DNA of 64,000 bases from the human T2T-CHM13v2.0 reference genome, Homo sapiens. The translations under genes were made by a program, and so were the position numbers. Positions 1-12,759 of this stretch are shown here, in pieces (within the stretch, counting starts at the first letter, position 1; each line of letters starts with the position of its first letter). The DNA lies in the NCBI RefSeq assembly GCF_009914755.1, contig NC_060937.1. One strand, given 5' to 3'. Below the pieces are notes generated by a model that was not told the DNA's origin, ran no database searches, and saw only the letters and a program-made list of their open reading frames with translations.

Positions 1-136
1 TAATTTTTGTATTTTTAGTAGAGGTGGGGTTTCATCATGTTGGCCAGGCTGGTTTCAAACTCCTGACCTCAAATGATCCACCCACCTCAGCCTCCCAAAG
101 TGCTGGGATTACAGGTGTGAGCCACCATGCCCGGCC
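1..136 (-). mobile_element. AluS, left arm (cut by window edge)
   Basis: Antisense Alu left-arm sequence ending ...gagccaccatgcccggcc. Confidence 0.95.
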
Positions 137-199
137 TCAAATTGTACTTTTATAGACAATGAGTGGTCATTTGCTGGGTCCCTCACTGAGGTTAGGTAT

Positions 200-440
200 T
201 ACATTTTCAAAAAATCTTTGCCAATTTCTAAACAAATATTGGATTTCCTTTCTTGAAATCTGAATTGGTTTGATTGCCAGTAAAGTTGTACATTTTTCCC
301 ACACGCATATTAGCCATTTGGATTTCTTCTTTTGCAATTACTTATTTATGTCCTACTTTCTCTTATTGGTTTGTAAGAGTGCATTCTATATGAAAGTTTA
401 ACACTTAGTCTATCATGTTATAAATATTTATCATTGTAGG
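200..440 (-). mobile_element. Old L1 (L1M-type) fragment
   Basis: Degenerate match to antisense L1 3' region (tagccatttggatttcttcttttgc); boundaries approximate. Confidence 0.5.
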
Positions 441-3400
441 TAGTTGTTGAAATATGTTAGCTTTTCAAATGTGGTGAACCTTTTTAGTATAGTAGTTTTA
501 AATTAAACTACTTTAACTTTTCCATTATATATTTTAAATCCCATTTTACGCTTTAGTAACAAAGAACTCATAATCATTCCAGATCTCATTCTGATGCCTG
601 ACTTCAAAATTTTTCTTCCCTATCCACGCAATTTCTAATTTTCTAAATTCAAAACATGTTTCTCTCTCTTATATATTCTGAATTGCTTTATATAAACATC
701 GTTTCCTATTTTTTTCTAACATCTAAACTAACAAAGTAGTTTAAATTGTTTAGTAAGAAAAGATGTGAGTTTATATGAAATACAGATGTTATAAGACTAC
801 AAACAGGAGATAAGTCATGGAGGAGAGTGTGTCCTAGAGAGTCTCATGAATTGAAATGGGGGAAAAGAAGAGGGAATATTAAAAAAGAAGAGGAAGCAAA
901 TTCTGCCTTGTGATATTTCTTCTTCCTCCACTTGTTTTCATAGCCCAAAGCAAAGAGAAATGAATCAAGGCATTACAGAGCCTGCCCAGTCTTCCCCAAC
1001 AGTTACTTGGGCCACTGTCACTGTTCTGGCCTGCCCAGTGACCCTGCAAGATATTTCTGTTTTTTAAAAAAAAGAAAAAAATCTATACATACAGGAATAT
1101 TGACAAAAATTAAAAGATAGGAGTAACCAAGAAACAACATTAACAACGTCAGAAAATACAATAGGAAAACCAGGACCGTTCCCATGGGACAATAACGCCC
1201 AAGGTGTCCGTGGAGATTTTGATTCGCAAAACAGAGCTTTGGAACGTGCCAAGGAGATCTCAGATTAGCTCATGGCTCTGACCATGCAACTGACAACACA
1301 TCCTGGAGTTTGTCCTAGCTTTGGCCTCTGCCTAGCCTTTTGGAAGTACACTAGCAACCAAACTGGAATGCCACAATGTCGCCGGCCCATTGGCATGCTT
1401 CCTCGTACATTTTTATCACGTGGCCACTACGTGCCAAGCATCGAGAGCTGCAGGCATGATGGAGAACAATACAAAGTTTTGGAACTCAAAACCTTTACCA
1501 TCTGGTAATGGTGCATAGAGTCTTTTCACCAGTGAGGCCTCTTTTTGCTAATTTTTATTTCATGGACCTCATGTTTGAAAAATGTTAGTTTATGCAACAC
1601 ATTGTTGTTAAGTAACATTCAATTTTCTCATTTTAAATAAAAATCAAGATGATCATGAGGGCAGATGACCAGAACTTTTTGTCCCAGGTTATGAACATTC
1701 AGAGGTCACATAAATTTAAAACAATGATTTTAAAAGCTCAGCATCTAGTTAGCAAGAATGAATAGTTAAGATAGAAAGCTAACAGATGGTACACATTGTT
1801 CATAATATCCATCTGTGATCCACAATGTGAATTTAAAAGTTGGTTTTAGGGTTCATGGCATGCTGTTTGGCACAGGTGCCAGAGTTGCTAGCTGTGGCTA
1901 TAACTACCAACCAGCAATCCAGGACACCATAATAGAACCAATCTTACCACACTCAGTTGACACTTTTCCAAGTACCAAAAAGAAACTTGGTATTTCTGTG
2001 AGGCAGCTCTTCTTATCAGAAGAAATGTAGGTATTTCATTAAGTTTTTGAAATATTGGAAAAACTTGTGGCCTCTTATCATGCTTCCAAAGCTTCCCTTG
2101 CTTCTCCTGAACTGAGTTCTCACCATATTATTAATCAGTCAGAATTATTCATTTATTAGTCCGTCTCCCCACTCCCATACTCCATTGGATACTAACTAGT
2201 CCCTGCCATATTAAAAAGCATGAAGTAGCTGCTCGATAAATATCGGCCCAAATTGCTGCTGATCCTGTTACTACTTGTGTGAACTCTTGGTATTCACTGA
2301 ACTAACCCAAACTCTCATTGTACACCCAAGAAAACTGAGTCTCAGAGAGATGAAATGACTTGCATCAGAACCCAACTCTCTTGGGTTGGTGGCTTCCTCA
2401 CTACCCCCAGTATCTGATGCTGTGGCCTAAGCAAGCTGTTCCATGGTGACGAAAGCCTGGGAAATGTCTATCGGTGTCCATGGTCAGGGGCAGACAAATG
2501 GGTGATGGTGCATCAGGGGAAGAACTGCAAGCAACTGTTCTCATATCAACATTAAATAAGAAATTCAAGATATGAAAGCTACCTGTCTATCAAATGTTTA
2601 GTATATCAGAAAAAAAGAGAAACAAACTGTCTTTCAGAAATGGAGTTATAATGAAGTAATAGCTTGGAGGATCATGGAGTCTGAAAGATAATTACAAATA
2701 TTTCAACTCTTGGACCACTTGCCTTAAGGATAAGAGTGATACTTCATGAGTCATATTGTGGATTAGAATAATTCCAAAGGCTTGGGTTGAATAACAAAAA
2801 CAGAAACAACAACAACAGATTTATAGTAACTACGTTTTCTAAAATGGGTCAACATAAATCCAGCTGAAGAATATTGCAGTGCCAAGCCGTAAATTATAAA
2901 AAACAAAAACAAAAACTCCAACCATCTTTCCAAATAAAGTTTAGATTTTCCATGTTTTAATTAATTTAAATAGGAATTGTATTTTATAATGGTGAAAATG
3001 CAGTGAGGAACAAATGCTGCATGGCTTCAGAGAGAATGCCAAAATCTACATCAGCTGATAACCACAATTTTGAAACATTGTGAATAATATGACCTAAATG
3101 GCCAGTAATGTAGAAAACCTTTTTGTTGACACAAAGGACATTTTCATAGCCTCAGGCAAGGAAGAAAGCAGTGCCTTCCATTCCCCCTCTCACATGGGGG
3201 CATTTGCCTTTGGGGGCCATCACTTCTTTACTCTGATGTTTCTTGGCACCCCTATATTTCACTGACCAATTCTCTAAGAGGACTGTATTTCCTTTGGTGG
3301 TGGAGAAACTGGATGACCCAGACTCTCCTTAAGAAAGATGACACCGAAGGACTGTAGGTAAGCCACTTGAAGGAAGCTAACAGATGGTAATTTCTCTTGC

Positions 3401-4974
3401 TCCTAAAGATTGCAGCCTACCCAAAGGACAGGAAATCAGACCAAACTCATGAACTGGTTCTCTGATGACTGAACCTCCCACAGCAGGCAAGCAAGTAAGC
3501 AACATTGAATTAAATCTCTGCTCTATTTAGTCCCTACATTCATCTGAGGTGAAAAGTATCATTCCCCACACGATCTATACAAATGTTTTGGGGATTTATA
3601 GAAGTTAAATGTTTCTCACCTTCACCCAGGACATGAACTCCTGAAATGGGCATTCTTTGATGGACAGATTTAGAGAGACAGCCCAGATGGTGATGTATAA
3701 GGAGGAGGTGGAACATATTCTTTGGCCACATTCCCGGTGGCAGGAGAACCTCCACTTAGAAAGATCCTCCCCCCACTCAGAAACAGTTGGTAGGTAGGCT
3801 GAAGTGTTATAGAAGGTGCTGAAGAATAGAAACGGTTGCAGAATTCCACCAAAGACACCAGTGGCTCACCTGAGCTCACATAGTGATCATGCATTCAAAG
3901 GGGCCTACTTAGACCTTCTGGAGAATCTTGAACAAGGCATAGGTGAAGTCCCTTGAGTGTCTAGACAGCCTTGGTGACATGCTGCATGTTGGCTAGGGAA
4001 TACTCTTTGAACAAGAAATGGTTTTACTTTTCTAGTCTCTTTTTTGAAACCAACCAGCATAAAAGCACTCTTAGGCAGAGGCCTCTTAATATATCTCAAC
4101 TCTAAATTCAGTTTTCTGAATTGTTCAGGAAATGGACAAGTTCATCTAGAAGAAACCATCATAAGCAGTAGATGCTTTGTGCTTTCTACCATACTCTGAT
4201 TACAAAGGCAAGCTTCCTCTTAATTTGGCAAAGGTACAAAGCCTGTAAAAGGAATAATATTCCTCTCTGTTGCTATATGCAAAAGAGAGTGAGGAAGCAC
4301 ATTCAGTTCCAGAGGCATTTTATAAAAATGGCACAAAGTCAATGACAAAAAGAACTTGCAATTCTGATTCTCCAATTCTCCAGTAAGTTGCCCCTACATG
4401 TTCACTTCCCTCCCCTTGGGAGGCGCCCTCCTAGAATATCAAGGCTGTCAATGGTTAATGAGTCAACTCTCTCCTTAACTCAGGAATATTCTCTCCTCCT
4501 GTCTCCATTCCAACTAAGTGGTGGTCCAGCTTCCTTCTGAGCACCCCCAGTGCCTGGGAGATTCACCACCTCCTGCCTCATGGTTTTGAATCTCAGTCTC
4601 CATCCTCAGTCTCCAGCTTGTCTGCCTGGTTGAGCTGAACAAAGCCATCCTGGTATAATGGACAACTAAAATTTACTTTCTACAGAAATGTTATGATTTT
4701 CATACTTCGCAGCAGCATTACAGGAAAATCCACATGTAGGCTTCTTGAGGAAAGGATGGGCCTGCATCTAGTAAGAACTGAGGCCCATCTGGTTTCTTCT
4801 ACTCCACCCGTTTTCTGAGTGAACCCTGACACCATGGTAAGACTCCCATCCTACTGCCTGTGGGGTTTGAAATAACTGCTGCTTCCCCAAGCTCCACACG
4901 CAGCACGTCTGGAATAAAAGCAATCAAGATCAAAACACTCTAAAATACAGCTTTTAAAAACAAAGCATTGCAGT

Positions 4975-5241
4975 GGGGGGGAAATGGGGATGGTTAATGG
5001 GTACAAAAAATAATTAGAAAAAATGAATAAGATCTAGTATTTGATAGCACAACAGGGTGACTACAATGAAGAATAATTTAATTGTATACTTAAAAATAAC
5101 TAATAGAGTATAATTGGAATAAATGTTTGAGGTGATGGATACCCCATTTACCCTGATGTGATTATTATGCATTATATGCCTGTATCAAAATATCTCATGT
5201 ACTCCATAAATACATACACTTACTATGTAACCATAAAAATT
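4975..5241 (+). mobile_element. L1MA-type 3' end
   Basis: gatagcacaacagggtgact...gaggtgatggataccccatttaccctgatgtgattatt...: typical L1MA 3'UTR. Confidence 0.85.
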
Positions 5242-5244
5242 ACA

Positions 5245-5534
5245 TTTTTTTTTTTGAGATAGTCTTGTTCTGTCGCCCAGGCCAGAGTACAGTGGCACAA
5301 TCTTGGCTCACTGCAACCTCTGCCTCCCAGGTTCAGGTGATTCTCCTGCCTCAGCCTCCTGAGCCTCTGGGATTACAGGCACACACTGCCATGCCCAGCT
5401 GATTTTTGTATTATTAGTAGAGATGGGGTTTCACCATGTTGGCCAGGCTGGGCTCGAACTCCTGACCTTAGGTGATCTGCCCACCTTGGCCTCCCAAAGT
5501 GCTGGGATTATAGGCATGGCCACCACACCGGGCC
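5245..5534 (-). mobile_element. AluS inserted in L1 tail
   Basis: Full dimeric Alu with polyT; aaaaatta on both sides (probable TSD). Confidence 0.95.
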
Positions 5535-5741
5535 AAAAATTAAAAAATATATAAAACACAAAAGTGAAAAAGAAGGCATGGGACAGACTGAATTGGAGAC
5601 AAAGGCATCAGCTGGAGTAACTTAACTGGAGAGTAAAGTCCCGGAAACTAAGATTTTAAAAGTACCTTCTAAAAATACAGGGAGGTATGTTTAAACCAGC
5701 ACTTCCACTGGTCCACCACAACTTCCAGAACACCCAGCTCA

Positions 5742-5764
5742 GTGCTCCAGATGGCGCCCACGTG
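5742..5764 (+). promoter_or_regulatory. Candidate CTCF core motif with adjacent CACGTG E-box
   Basis: GCTCCAGATGGCGCC resembles CTCF core CCASYAGRKGGCRS with two 5' mismatches; CACGTG at 5759-5764. Confidence 0.4.
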
Positions 5765-6294
5765 TTCCTCCACCTGCACGGGGCTCTAGAGGCACTGCTG
5801 GGAGCAGAAACCTTATGTAACATCTGCAGAAGGCTTTATGGCACTGGGATTTTCTGTATTAACATCTCAAGAGTCACAGCTCAGATCTACTGTTCTGATA
5901 GTATGAATGATTCTCCTTTCCAAACACTTTCCTTTTCCCTAACAGTCACATAAGAGAAAAGTTCATCTTTTCCTACATAACAGTGCAGAGGTCTGCAGGT
6001 GTCCTGAGGGATAGGCGGTTTAGCTCCGGGAGATTGCTTGGTAACCCAAGTTCCTACTATCTTATCTCTGTCAAACCTGAGTGTTCTCATCCACAAGGGT
6101 CCCAGTTGGTTTATGTTGCCTTGTCTGAGTTTCAACCCCGGGGGAAAGCAGAAAAAGAGGAAGGTTTGCAGATACCGGGCATGAAAAGCTGATCTGTTCC
6201 TTGTTCTACCAGAACTTAATTTCCTGAAATGAATACTGGTCTTTCCTTTTTCCCACATGTCATTTGCACTTTTTTGTGCCAGTTGCTAGTGGTG

Positions 6295-6424
6295 TCCTTG
6301 GCCTCACCCACTAGATGCCAGTGCCACTAGATGCCAGTAGCTTCCCTAGTTATGTGACCAAAAACGTCCCCACACATTCCCAAATGTCCTCTGAGGGCAT
6401 ATTACCCCTGGTAGAGAACCACTG
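6295..6424 (-). mobile_element. MER20 (hAT-Charlie) fragment
   Basis: ccactagatgccagtagc...caaatgtcc...gagaaccactg terminus. Confidence 0.8.
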
Positions 6425-7466
6425 CCAATGTCTTCATTAGGCAATGTTTCCCAGAGGGGCCCTCAATTAACTCTTACATTCTTCCTCCACGCTGTTAATG
6501 AAACCATCACCAACCACCTGCTTGAGTCTCTAAACAATGCATTCGTATACTCTTTCTGCAGGTCTGGCAGACATAAACTGAGTTTCGGGCTTTACACTGT
6601 AGTGTAGTTGATGCAACTGACAATGCTGAAGGTCTTCCAATAGTCTGTTAAAATTGGATTAGTACCCATTGCTTAACCATCCTGAGAATATGGGAACATG
6701 GGGTCTTGGTTTCTTAGCTGAGAGTCTGGAGGATAAAGAATGTCATGGGGCAGAGGTTAGAGAAAGAGACTTCCACATTGCTGTGTGCGAACCCGAGTGT
6801 TGCAGAAGGGCCACAAGCATGGCCCGTGATCAGGCTGCCCTCTAGGTAAGGTTCTTTCCCTTCCAGGTACCACTTGACCCCTACAATGACCCTTTGGAAA
6901 CAACTCCAAAATGGTGTTCCTCACTATTTTGGATTGAATGCAAGTACGATGCAAGAGATTATGCTTTTCTTACCTATTGAGATGTGGGGATTTTCAACCT
7001 TAGTCATTAAGCCTGGCAGTATTGCCTCAAAAACACAAACATGTACCCCTTTTGCTGATTTGCAGTTGGGGTCTTATCTTTCTGAATCCTAAATGCAAGT
7101 GTAGTTGGTACATTTGCTTTCCCCATAAGAACCCAACCTCATTGGCATTAAAACGTGTCCCAGAAGGCATCTGTTTTTTCTCTGCCATGGGTTCCCAGCT
7201 GGGCTTTGCTCAGGGTCTGCTGCCTTTTCATTGGCCAGTGAAGCTTCACCAAATCTTGACCTTTTTGAAAGTAAAGCAGTTATTAAAATTGAGAAGCTCC
7301 ACTTTGGCTGGCTCTGAGCTTCTTCTCATAAAAAACCCATGTGTCTTCAGTGAGAGATTTGAATAAATCAAAGATGCCAAGGGCCTGTTCTCCCACATGT
7401 CATATGTTCCACATTGTTCAGCCGAAATACAATGCCCTCTTAGTCTTTACTGATGTCTGATCACCT

Positions 7467-8020
7467 TGAGAGACTGAATATACAGATGAACAATGGCCAG
7501 ACCATATAACAAAACACAACTCTGGCTCACGACCTGCAGCAACATGCCGGGGAAAAACCCCCTTTCTATGACAGCCTACCAGAAGGTAGCACACTCTAAG
7601 TCAGACTTGCAGAAAAATCAATAACAAATTACAATGGTCTAGCTCTAGTAACATTCCAGGAAGCCAAACAATAACCCTTGTAACAATTGACCTTAAATTA
7701 GCCAGGACTTAATAAGTGACAGCATCCCTAATTTTTGTTTGCACTTCCAACTTAGCACCAACTAGAAAGGGTGAAATGTGCGCCTCTAACCAATCCCGTA
7801 GAGTGCCCCACTTCTGGTTAGCTTGCCTACATCTTCCCCATACCAACTGCTTCCATCAGGGTGCAGGGAAAGCCTTCCCTTTTTTTCTTCTCTAAAGCAC
7901 TCCTACTCCTCTGCCTGCCTTTGAGTCCCTGCCAAAATGCAGATGATGTTGGCTGACTCCTTGCTATAGCAAGCTCTGAATAAATAGCCTTAGTTTGTTC
8001 TCATTTGGTTGGTCTTCACT
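7467..8020 (+). mobile_element. ERV1-class solo LTR (family not resolved)
   Basis: TG start, CCAAT 7790, AATAAA 7979, LTR-like composition; no TSD found. Confidence 0.6.
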
Positions 8021-8448
8021 GATTTGCACAGCACACATGGCTCTCCCTTAGCTGACTGCAGCACTTGGCACTATGGCTCGGTACATTTCTCTTTCTGTTA
8101 CTCATACATCCAGTTCCTTGTGGCCACATTTATTCCTTGTGACACCTTGGAGAGTGCCACCCTGTCTCCCTGCCAGTCTGTCCTCTGGCACTTGGATAGA
8201 CACCATTTCTTGAGCTGACCATAAAACAAAGCAGCTAACTTCAGTTGAGGGGCATGTCGTGTGAAATAGGCCCACCTTTATCTTCTAGAATCATGATAAC
8301 AGTTCACAAGGGAAAGAAGGTTGACTGTGGAAACAGCAGGTGAACATCTCCAATCTCATGCTAACGCTGGGCCTACACTCATTGGATGGACTCATGTGCA
8401 TAATGGTGCACATCTGAATTTTGATTTCTCTTTATCTTTTTTCCAAAG

Positions 8449-8888
8449 TGTATGCTTTAGTTGCCATAACAAATTACAACAAACTTCATGGCTTAAAATG
8501 ACCAAAATATATTTGCTCACAATTCTAGAGGCCAGAAGTCTGAAATCAAGGTGTTGGCAGGTCTGGAGTCTCTCCAAAAGCTCTAGAATGGAATCCGTTC
8601 CTTGTCGCTTATAGTTTCTGGTGACTCCAGGCATTCCTTAGCTTGTGGCCACATTACTCAAATCTCTGCCTCCATCTTTACATGGACTTCTCTGTGTGTC
8701 TGTGTTATTTCCTTGACCTCTTTCTTAGGTGGACATTTGTGATAGGATTTTGGTTCCCACCAGAATAACCCAAGATAATCCCCTCATCTCAAGACCCTTA
8801 ACTTAATTAAACCTGCAGAGACCTTTTTCCAAATAAGGTCACATTTACACATTGAAACCTTTCAGTGACTACTATTTAGCCTGCTACA
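8449..8888 (-). mobile_element. MLT1 (MaLR) solo LTR, MLT1B/C-like
   Basis: tgccataacaaattac...ctagaggccagaagtctgaaatcaaggtgttggcagg...ccaaataaggtcacatt. Confidence 0.85.
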
Positions 8889-9214
8889 ATATGTATGACA
8901 TCACTTTGATACCAGCCTCTCTTGAGCATTTTTATCAGGAAATCTATTGTTGCTCCACTGCTTAGAACCCTTCTAGGACTCTTTGTTGCTCTTCGAGAAT
9001 ATCCTTAGAGTAGCCTGTAAGGCCCCTCCCTACTTCAGCTTTCTGTCTCCCTTTTCTTTGGGTGCATTATTTTAGTTTCTTAACTGCACTAAGTAACCTC
9101 CTGCCTCTGGGCATTGGAATATTTATTTCCCTGCAAAAGGAACAATTCCCCAATACTGCCACCTTGCCTGGTTAACGTTCTGTTCATACCTCCACACTCA
9201 ACTTAAATTCATAC

Positions 9215-10240
9215 ATTTTGCAAATATTTACTGAGTCTCTGCTGTTTTACGTGCTGGGATACTGTAGTGTATCAGTTGACAGGGTCTCTGCTTTTGTGGA
9301 ATTTATACTCCAGCGGAGGAAATGAGCCTTAAACAAACAAAAACAAGAACAAGAGCTGAGTTTATAAGAACTTTGCCAAGAATTAAAAGGGTGATGTGAC
9401 AGCGAGTGGCTGAGTGAGTGGTTTCTCTATATTGGTGGTCAGAGAAGGTCTCTTGGTGTTGATGACGTTGAAGCTGAGCTCTGAACACAGGAAGAAGTCA
9501 GCCGTGGATACACTGAAGGAAACAGAGGAAAGCAGGCACCAGATTAAGTCAAGATTGAAACAACCAAGTGAGGGGCTTGGGTTTTACTCTAAGCAAGATG
9601 AGAAGTTAGGAGGGGTTTAAGCAAGGGCAGTTGTTGTAGTTTAGATATTTGACCTCCAAACCTCATGTTGAAATCTGATCCCCCATGTGGGAGGCGGGGC
9701 CTAATGGGAGGTGACTGGGTCATGGGAATGGATCCCTCGAGAATGTCTTGGTGCCATCCATGAGGTAATGAGTGTGTTCTCGCTCTGTTAGTTCCAGCAA
9801 GAGTTCTCCCAACATCTAGTTGTTAAAAAGAGCCTGGCACCTTCCCTTCTCCCTTGCCTCCTCTCTCCATGTGATCTCTGCACATACCAGCTCCCCTTCC
9901 CCTTCCACCATGAGTGGAAGTAGCTTGAGGCCCTCAGCAGATGCAAATGCTGGTGTCATGCTTCTTGTGTAGTCTGCAGAACTGTGATCCAAGTAAACTT
10001 TTTTCTTTATAAATTACCCAGCCTCAAGTATTCCTTTATAGCAACATAAATGGACTAAGACAGCAGTGGTATGGTCTGATTTGTGAGTCTAAAAGGGAAC
10101 TCTGGCTGGCGTGTAGAGGAAACATTGCAAAGTGGTTATTCTGGGTGAGAAAGGATGGTGGCATGGCCTAGGATGGAGGTGATAGAAACGGATAGAAAAC
10201 AATGACTTGGAGATGATGAGGAGATAGAGTTCGCAAAGCT
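9215..10240 (-). mobile_element. L2 fragment interrupted by MST LTR
   Basis: caaatatttactgag... antisense L2 3' end, purine-rich body continuing after 10067. Confidence 0.6.
9632..10062 (+). mobile_element. MST (MSTB-like) solo LTR
   Basis: TG...CA ends; ataaattacccagcctcaagtattcctttatagcaac; perfect 5-bp TSD GCAGT (9627-9631, 10063-10067). Confidence 0.92.
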
Positions 10241-10424
10241 TGAGGATGGATTGCATAGGGGCAGGTAGACATGCAATCCCAGCTCATATGCTCCTTGTGT
10301 ATGTACTGACGAGTGAGTCCTGCTGACAGCCTTGCACAGTGCAGTGGCTTCATGTGCCAAAGTGCAGGAGAGACCAAGAGTCTAGAAAGGCCTACAGTCT
10401 TCCTCTAGGATAAAGGACAGACTT

Positions 10425-10555
10425 CCCAGCTCTTTAAAAATGCAGATTCCCTGCCCTTCCCTGAACCTACTATATTAGACTCATTGGAGGTAGAACCTGG
10501 GGCACTTAAAAAAATTAAAAACCCATGTGATCCCAATGGTGTGGATCCACAGACC
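10425..10555. mobile_element. MER5-like fragment
   Basis: ttaaaaatgcagattccctgccc... MER5 core, degenerate. Confidence 0.5.
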
Positions 10556-11444
10556 AGACAGCTCTTGCCATTCTCCTGTGGATTGATAAGAAAATTACCA
10601 AGGGAAATCCAGAGGTTCAGGGTTTGAAGTAATTGTGCAATGTGCCACTTGGAAAAAAAAAAGACTAAACTAAAAGCATGAGGAGATAAATTAGCAAGAC
10701 AAACTGGTCTTGAAAAAAACAGCAAATATCTGTCCTCCTTCAGTTTTTATCCCAACTCAAATTTGCAAAAACAACCAACTATTATCCTGAGACCCAGTTG
10801 AAAGCAGACTTTGAAAGTGGAACAAGAGTTCATATATATTGTCAGCTCATGACCACCTGGCTTTAATTAGCTACAAGACGGGGAGGATCTGAAAGCTAGA
10901 TAAGAAACAAGAAATAGATAAATTACTCAAGAATGGAGAGCTAGAAAATGAATAAGAATTCCTCCAAGAGAAAAGAAAAGGGAACAAAAGGAACTAACAA
11001 CAATAAAAAGAGCATAACAATGTGAACTGAAATAAAATTTGATCACTGTCTCCTTGGGTACGGCTCCTTTAAGCCTGACTTTATCCCAGTCATGCAGAAA
11101 AGCAAGGATAAGCATGCATTTCGGTTTGGTGGTCCAATACTCAACCTACTCTAGCACATGCCCCAGTGGGTTGAGGTCAAGTGGTCTGGAGGCGGCTCCC
11201 TGAGAAAGTGGAAATGGTTGGAGTTTCTGGGGACCACACAGAGATGATAGTCAAGAACTCCAGGTGTGTCATTCACAGAAGGTAAGGGTACTGTTTTGGA
11301 TGATGATTCGTCATAGTTTAGATTATAATAGGGTCCATTCTTATTCCATTAAAACAAAGCCACAGCCTCTGTGCTGCCCAATACCTTGGGTCACTTTGGC
11401 TAGGGACATTCTCTAGCACCTTGCAAGATGAGCCTGCCTTGTTC

Positions 11445-11461
11445 AGGTCATCACCAGGTCA
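11445..11461 (+). promoter_or_regulatory. Perfect DR5 nuclear-receptor element (RARE-type)
   Basis: AGGTCA-TCACC-AGGTCA. Confidence 0.55.
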
Positions 11462-11501
11462 GCGAAAACAGGACCAGGCTCTTGGTAGAAGGAGGGGCTC
11501 C

Positions 11502-11510
11502 TATATAAAG
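11502..11510 (+). promoter_or_regulatory. TATA box candidate
   Basis: TATATAAAG in a GC-richer context, 40 bp after the DR5; CA initiator-like dinucleotide at 11529-11530. Confidence 0.45.
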
Positions 11511-12441
11511 GAAGCTTCCAGAAAGGCACATACCCTTGTCCAGGTGTTCTGTGAGGTGGGCATCAAGCTTGATCGGGAACAGAGATTGTCCACCAGGAAT
11601 GAGGTATCTGTGTTTGGCTAGAAGTCAGCCAAGCCTTTTCCTGAGAAAGACCTCCAACCTGAATCCACTTTGGGTAAATGAGGTAAGACAAGACTTGGGA
11701 AGATTATTTCTCCAATCAAAATCATCTCAGAGCCTGCACTGTCATCTTAGGGACAACAAAAAAAAAATTCTCCCTTCAGACTATACTAGAACAAAAATAA
11801 ATAAATAAACAAATAAAAATTCAAGTGGGAAACCAAGAACAAAAACTCTAACTGTAAGGCCGGGAACAAAACATTCAGATTGTTGTGTAAACAAAGTAAT
11901 CAGAATGTCATAATAAATGACAGGCTGAAGCTCTGTGCTTATTTGAAAGGGGATCAAGTAATACTGAAGAAGAGTGATGTAAACATACTCCTGAGCAAAG
12001 TCTCACTGGGATAGAATTTAATCAAGAGGTTTTACTTTCAAGAAATAAGCACAATCACAGAGGCCAGGAAACTTAGCTGTTTCAGGGAATTGATGGGTAG
12101 CACAAATGTGTGTTTGGCAGAACACACACAAAAATCAGGCATTAAATTAGGCATACCCTAAAACCTTCAAATTCATATTTTTATATATAACTCAGTTTGC
12201 TGATTTGTCATCTAAAAATGAAAATGATCAGGGCCTTACCATGCAAAAGTAATGATAAAATAATGATTGTGTGGTCTGAAGAAATAAAACTTTGGGAATA
12301 CTTTTGATTGCTTTTCAATAATAAATGATTACTATAGTGATGGTGATGTTCTGTACCTAAAATAATAGTACTGCCTAGAGGAGAGATGTAAAATTATAGT
12401 AGCAGAAGTTCTCTTAGACAGCAGGGAAAGCTGCTAGATAA

Positions 12442-12759
<318 letters not shown>

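Noticed and set aside
2433-2490. REST/RE1-like half sites
   Set aside because: Wrong spacing and mismatches in the CAGCACC half
3540-4099. Cluster of three short minus-strand ORFs including a PPPPY motif; considered as a processed pseudogene
   Set aside because: No protein family recognised in the frames I translated, and no polyA or TSD; BLASTX would settle it
11155-11287. Possible plus-strand exon ending AAG|GTAAGG
   Set aside because: Weak acceptor, stops in all frames, no other support
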